A stretch of 64,000 nucleotides of DNA, from positions 20,088,001 through 20,152,000 of the forward strand of contig NC_087454.1 in the NCBI RefSeq assembly GCF_036321535.1. Reading direction: 5' to 3'. Below are positions 62,192 through 64,000 of the stretch, one piece after another (position 1 is the first letter of the stretch; every line of letters starts with the position of its first letter). The translations under genes were made by a program, and so were the position numbers. The notes under the pieces were generated by a model, which was given only the letters and a program-made list of their open reading frames with translations, had not been told where the DNA came from and ran no database searches. Origin of the DNA: Camelus dromedarius (lineage: Eukaryota).

Positions 62192-64000
62192 CTAGAGGTG
62201 CCAGGGCATCTGGAAATTCTGGGCTGGGAGTGGGGTGCAGTGTGTGGCCTCGAAGTTGTGCAGATGCTTCTGAGCCTGAGGGGAGAGGGTGGGACAGGTG
62301 GGGTGCAGAGCACGGACACCCTCCAAACCCACTGCCCACTCTACAAAAGATGTCGCTTCCAATGCTTATGGGGTACCCTGTTCCCAAGCCCCACATGTGC
62401 CCCCTGGCCATTCAGGCACCCCCTTCCTGCTTCCCACCCTGGAGCTCACCAGAAACAAAGCCAGCTGCCGCCGTCCATCCACACTCATGTCCTCCCCTGC
62501 AGAGAGGACACGCTCAAACTTGGGCCATGCACCTGGGTGTTCATCCCCAGCCCCCTCTCCTGCCCCGGGACTCCTTACCTACACTCCAGGGGAATTCAGG
62601 CCCGTGTTCGGCCTGGTAGGAGCGGAGAACGGACAGGCACCAGTCCTCCTCCACCTCCCATCGGCTGTAAATCGAGGCTGGTTATGGAGAGAGAGGAGTG
62701 CCCATCAGCAACCTGGCCCTGCTAGGCCCCCAACAAAGGCCTCAGTGGGTCCCCTCTCACCTTCCTCCAGCTGTGAGGAGGCCTCCAGCCACTGCCTCAC
62801 CACTTGAAGACCCTCCTCTGCCATCACACGGGGATACCTACAGAGGGAGCGCCAAGGCAGGAGGTCGGGACCCAGTTCTCTGCACTCCTTATCCCTGACC
62901 CTTCTCCCCGCCCTCCTTGCGCTGGTGACGGCACACACATACACCCTGGCTCTCACCGATGCTGCAGGAGCTTCAGCAGGAGGTCATTGCCTCGGTTAGA
63001 CATGATATCCTCAGGAACCCTGGAGGGTGAGAAGAATGTACACTGGAGGGGCTGGAGGCTGGGGAGGGAGGGTCTGGACACCTGGGTTTCTGGAGGGCAG
63101 AGGGAGGAGGGACAACTTCCTAGCTGTCTCTGGGATCCAGGAGGGCAGAGGTTCCCAGGCACTCACGTGGTGGTGATGATCTCATCCTTGGTTCTGCGGA
63201 TCAGCAGCACAGGGCCCTGGTACCTTCAGAGGACAGTGTAGTAGGGAGGGAGAGTTCAGAGGGAGACAGGTGACACTGCCACCCCACCCCTACACTGGCT
63301 GCATTCTTACCCCCTGCTACAGTAGGGCCCCTTCACCCAGGCAAGCCCTTCACCCAGGGCTGAGAGTCTGAACACTTAAGAGTGGGCATTGCTCAAAGGC
63401 AGGCCTTGCTGGGAGATCCCTGCTATGCCAGGTATGAACTGTTTGGTTACCAGATCATGGGAGGGTCCAGGATCCCAGGGAAGCTGGGAGGGGTTGGGTC
63501 TGCTGGGGTGATGGCAGGGTCACTCAGGGGATGTGGGTCAGTGGCCTTTTGCCAGCTTGCACTTTACTACTAATTTCAGCATTTGAATACGCAGCACCAT
63601 GTCTATGGTGGGGTGAGGCGGGGGAAAGGTGTTATATGCCGGACACTGGCCTGCCCTCACCTGCACAGCTGCTCCGCGTTGTTTAGATTGAGATGCTGCC
63701 TCACGGTCCTGGTCACCAGGCCCCCTAGAGTGAGATAAAAGTGAAGCGACAGCAGAGACAAAGCCCCTGCCCAACACAAAGGTCCCTACTGTTCATGGAG
63801 ATAGAAAACTGAGGTCCCCAGACAGGGGAGTCCTCCTGCTTCTCAACAGGGTGACCTACTCCCCACCCACAGAAAGGGGAACCATCTCCAATTAGAACAG
63901 CTCCCAGTTCCAGCCCACCCCTTCCCTGCACTCACTCCAGCTGTCTGGCATGACCTTCAAGGCCAAGGGCACCAGGTCATCAAAGGAGGCATCCAGGATC
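62192..64000 (-). CDS. ABHD16A: ABHD16A (BAT5) phosphatidylserine lipase, last 8 coding exons; 5' part outside window
   Basis: Exons 64000(truncated)-63936, 63724-63661, 63223-63167, 63019-62957, 62837-62761, 62677-62579, 62496-62450, 62275-62192 (TAG). ILDASFDDLVPLALKVMPDSWRGLVTRTVRQHLNLNNAEQLCRYQGPVLLIRRTKDEII...HNFEATHCTPLPAQNFQMPWHL*. Confidence 0.96.

Overview
Mammalian genomic DNA from the gene-dense MHC class III region. Two tRNA-derived Vic-1-like SINEs suggest a camelid. Gene order: L2/L1 relics (1-5.5 kb); PRRC2A/BAT2 (+, 31 exons, intronic snoRNA SNORA38); BAG6/BAT3 (-); APOM (+); C6orf47 (-, intronless); GPANK1/BAT4 (-); CSNK2B (+); LY6G5B (+); LY6G5C (-); 3' end of ABHD16A/BAT5 (-). 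Exons were traced by hand from splice sites and reading phase against protein sequences recalled from memory; no database was searched. Most ORFs in the track are shadows of GC-rich exons, promoters or repeats. Main unexpected signal: a phase-consistent chain of small + strand exons between LY6G5C and ABHD16A (60491-61338), downstream of RFX X-box-like and CCAAT/GC-box elements. It spells an unrecognised 65-aa peptide and is a candidate unannotated gene or recent pseudogene. Also notable: a palindromic octamer cluster at the PRRC2A promoter, a GC-AG intron, a possible TAATG stop-start in CSNK2B-LY6G5B read-through, and 11 N-blocks, of which the 7 outside L1 all sit on exons or the TSS.
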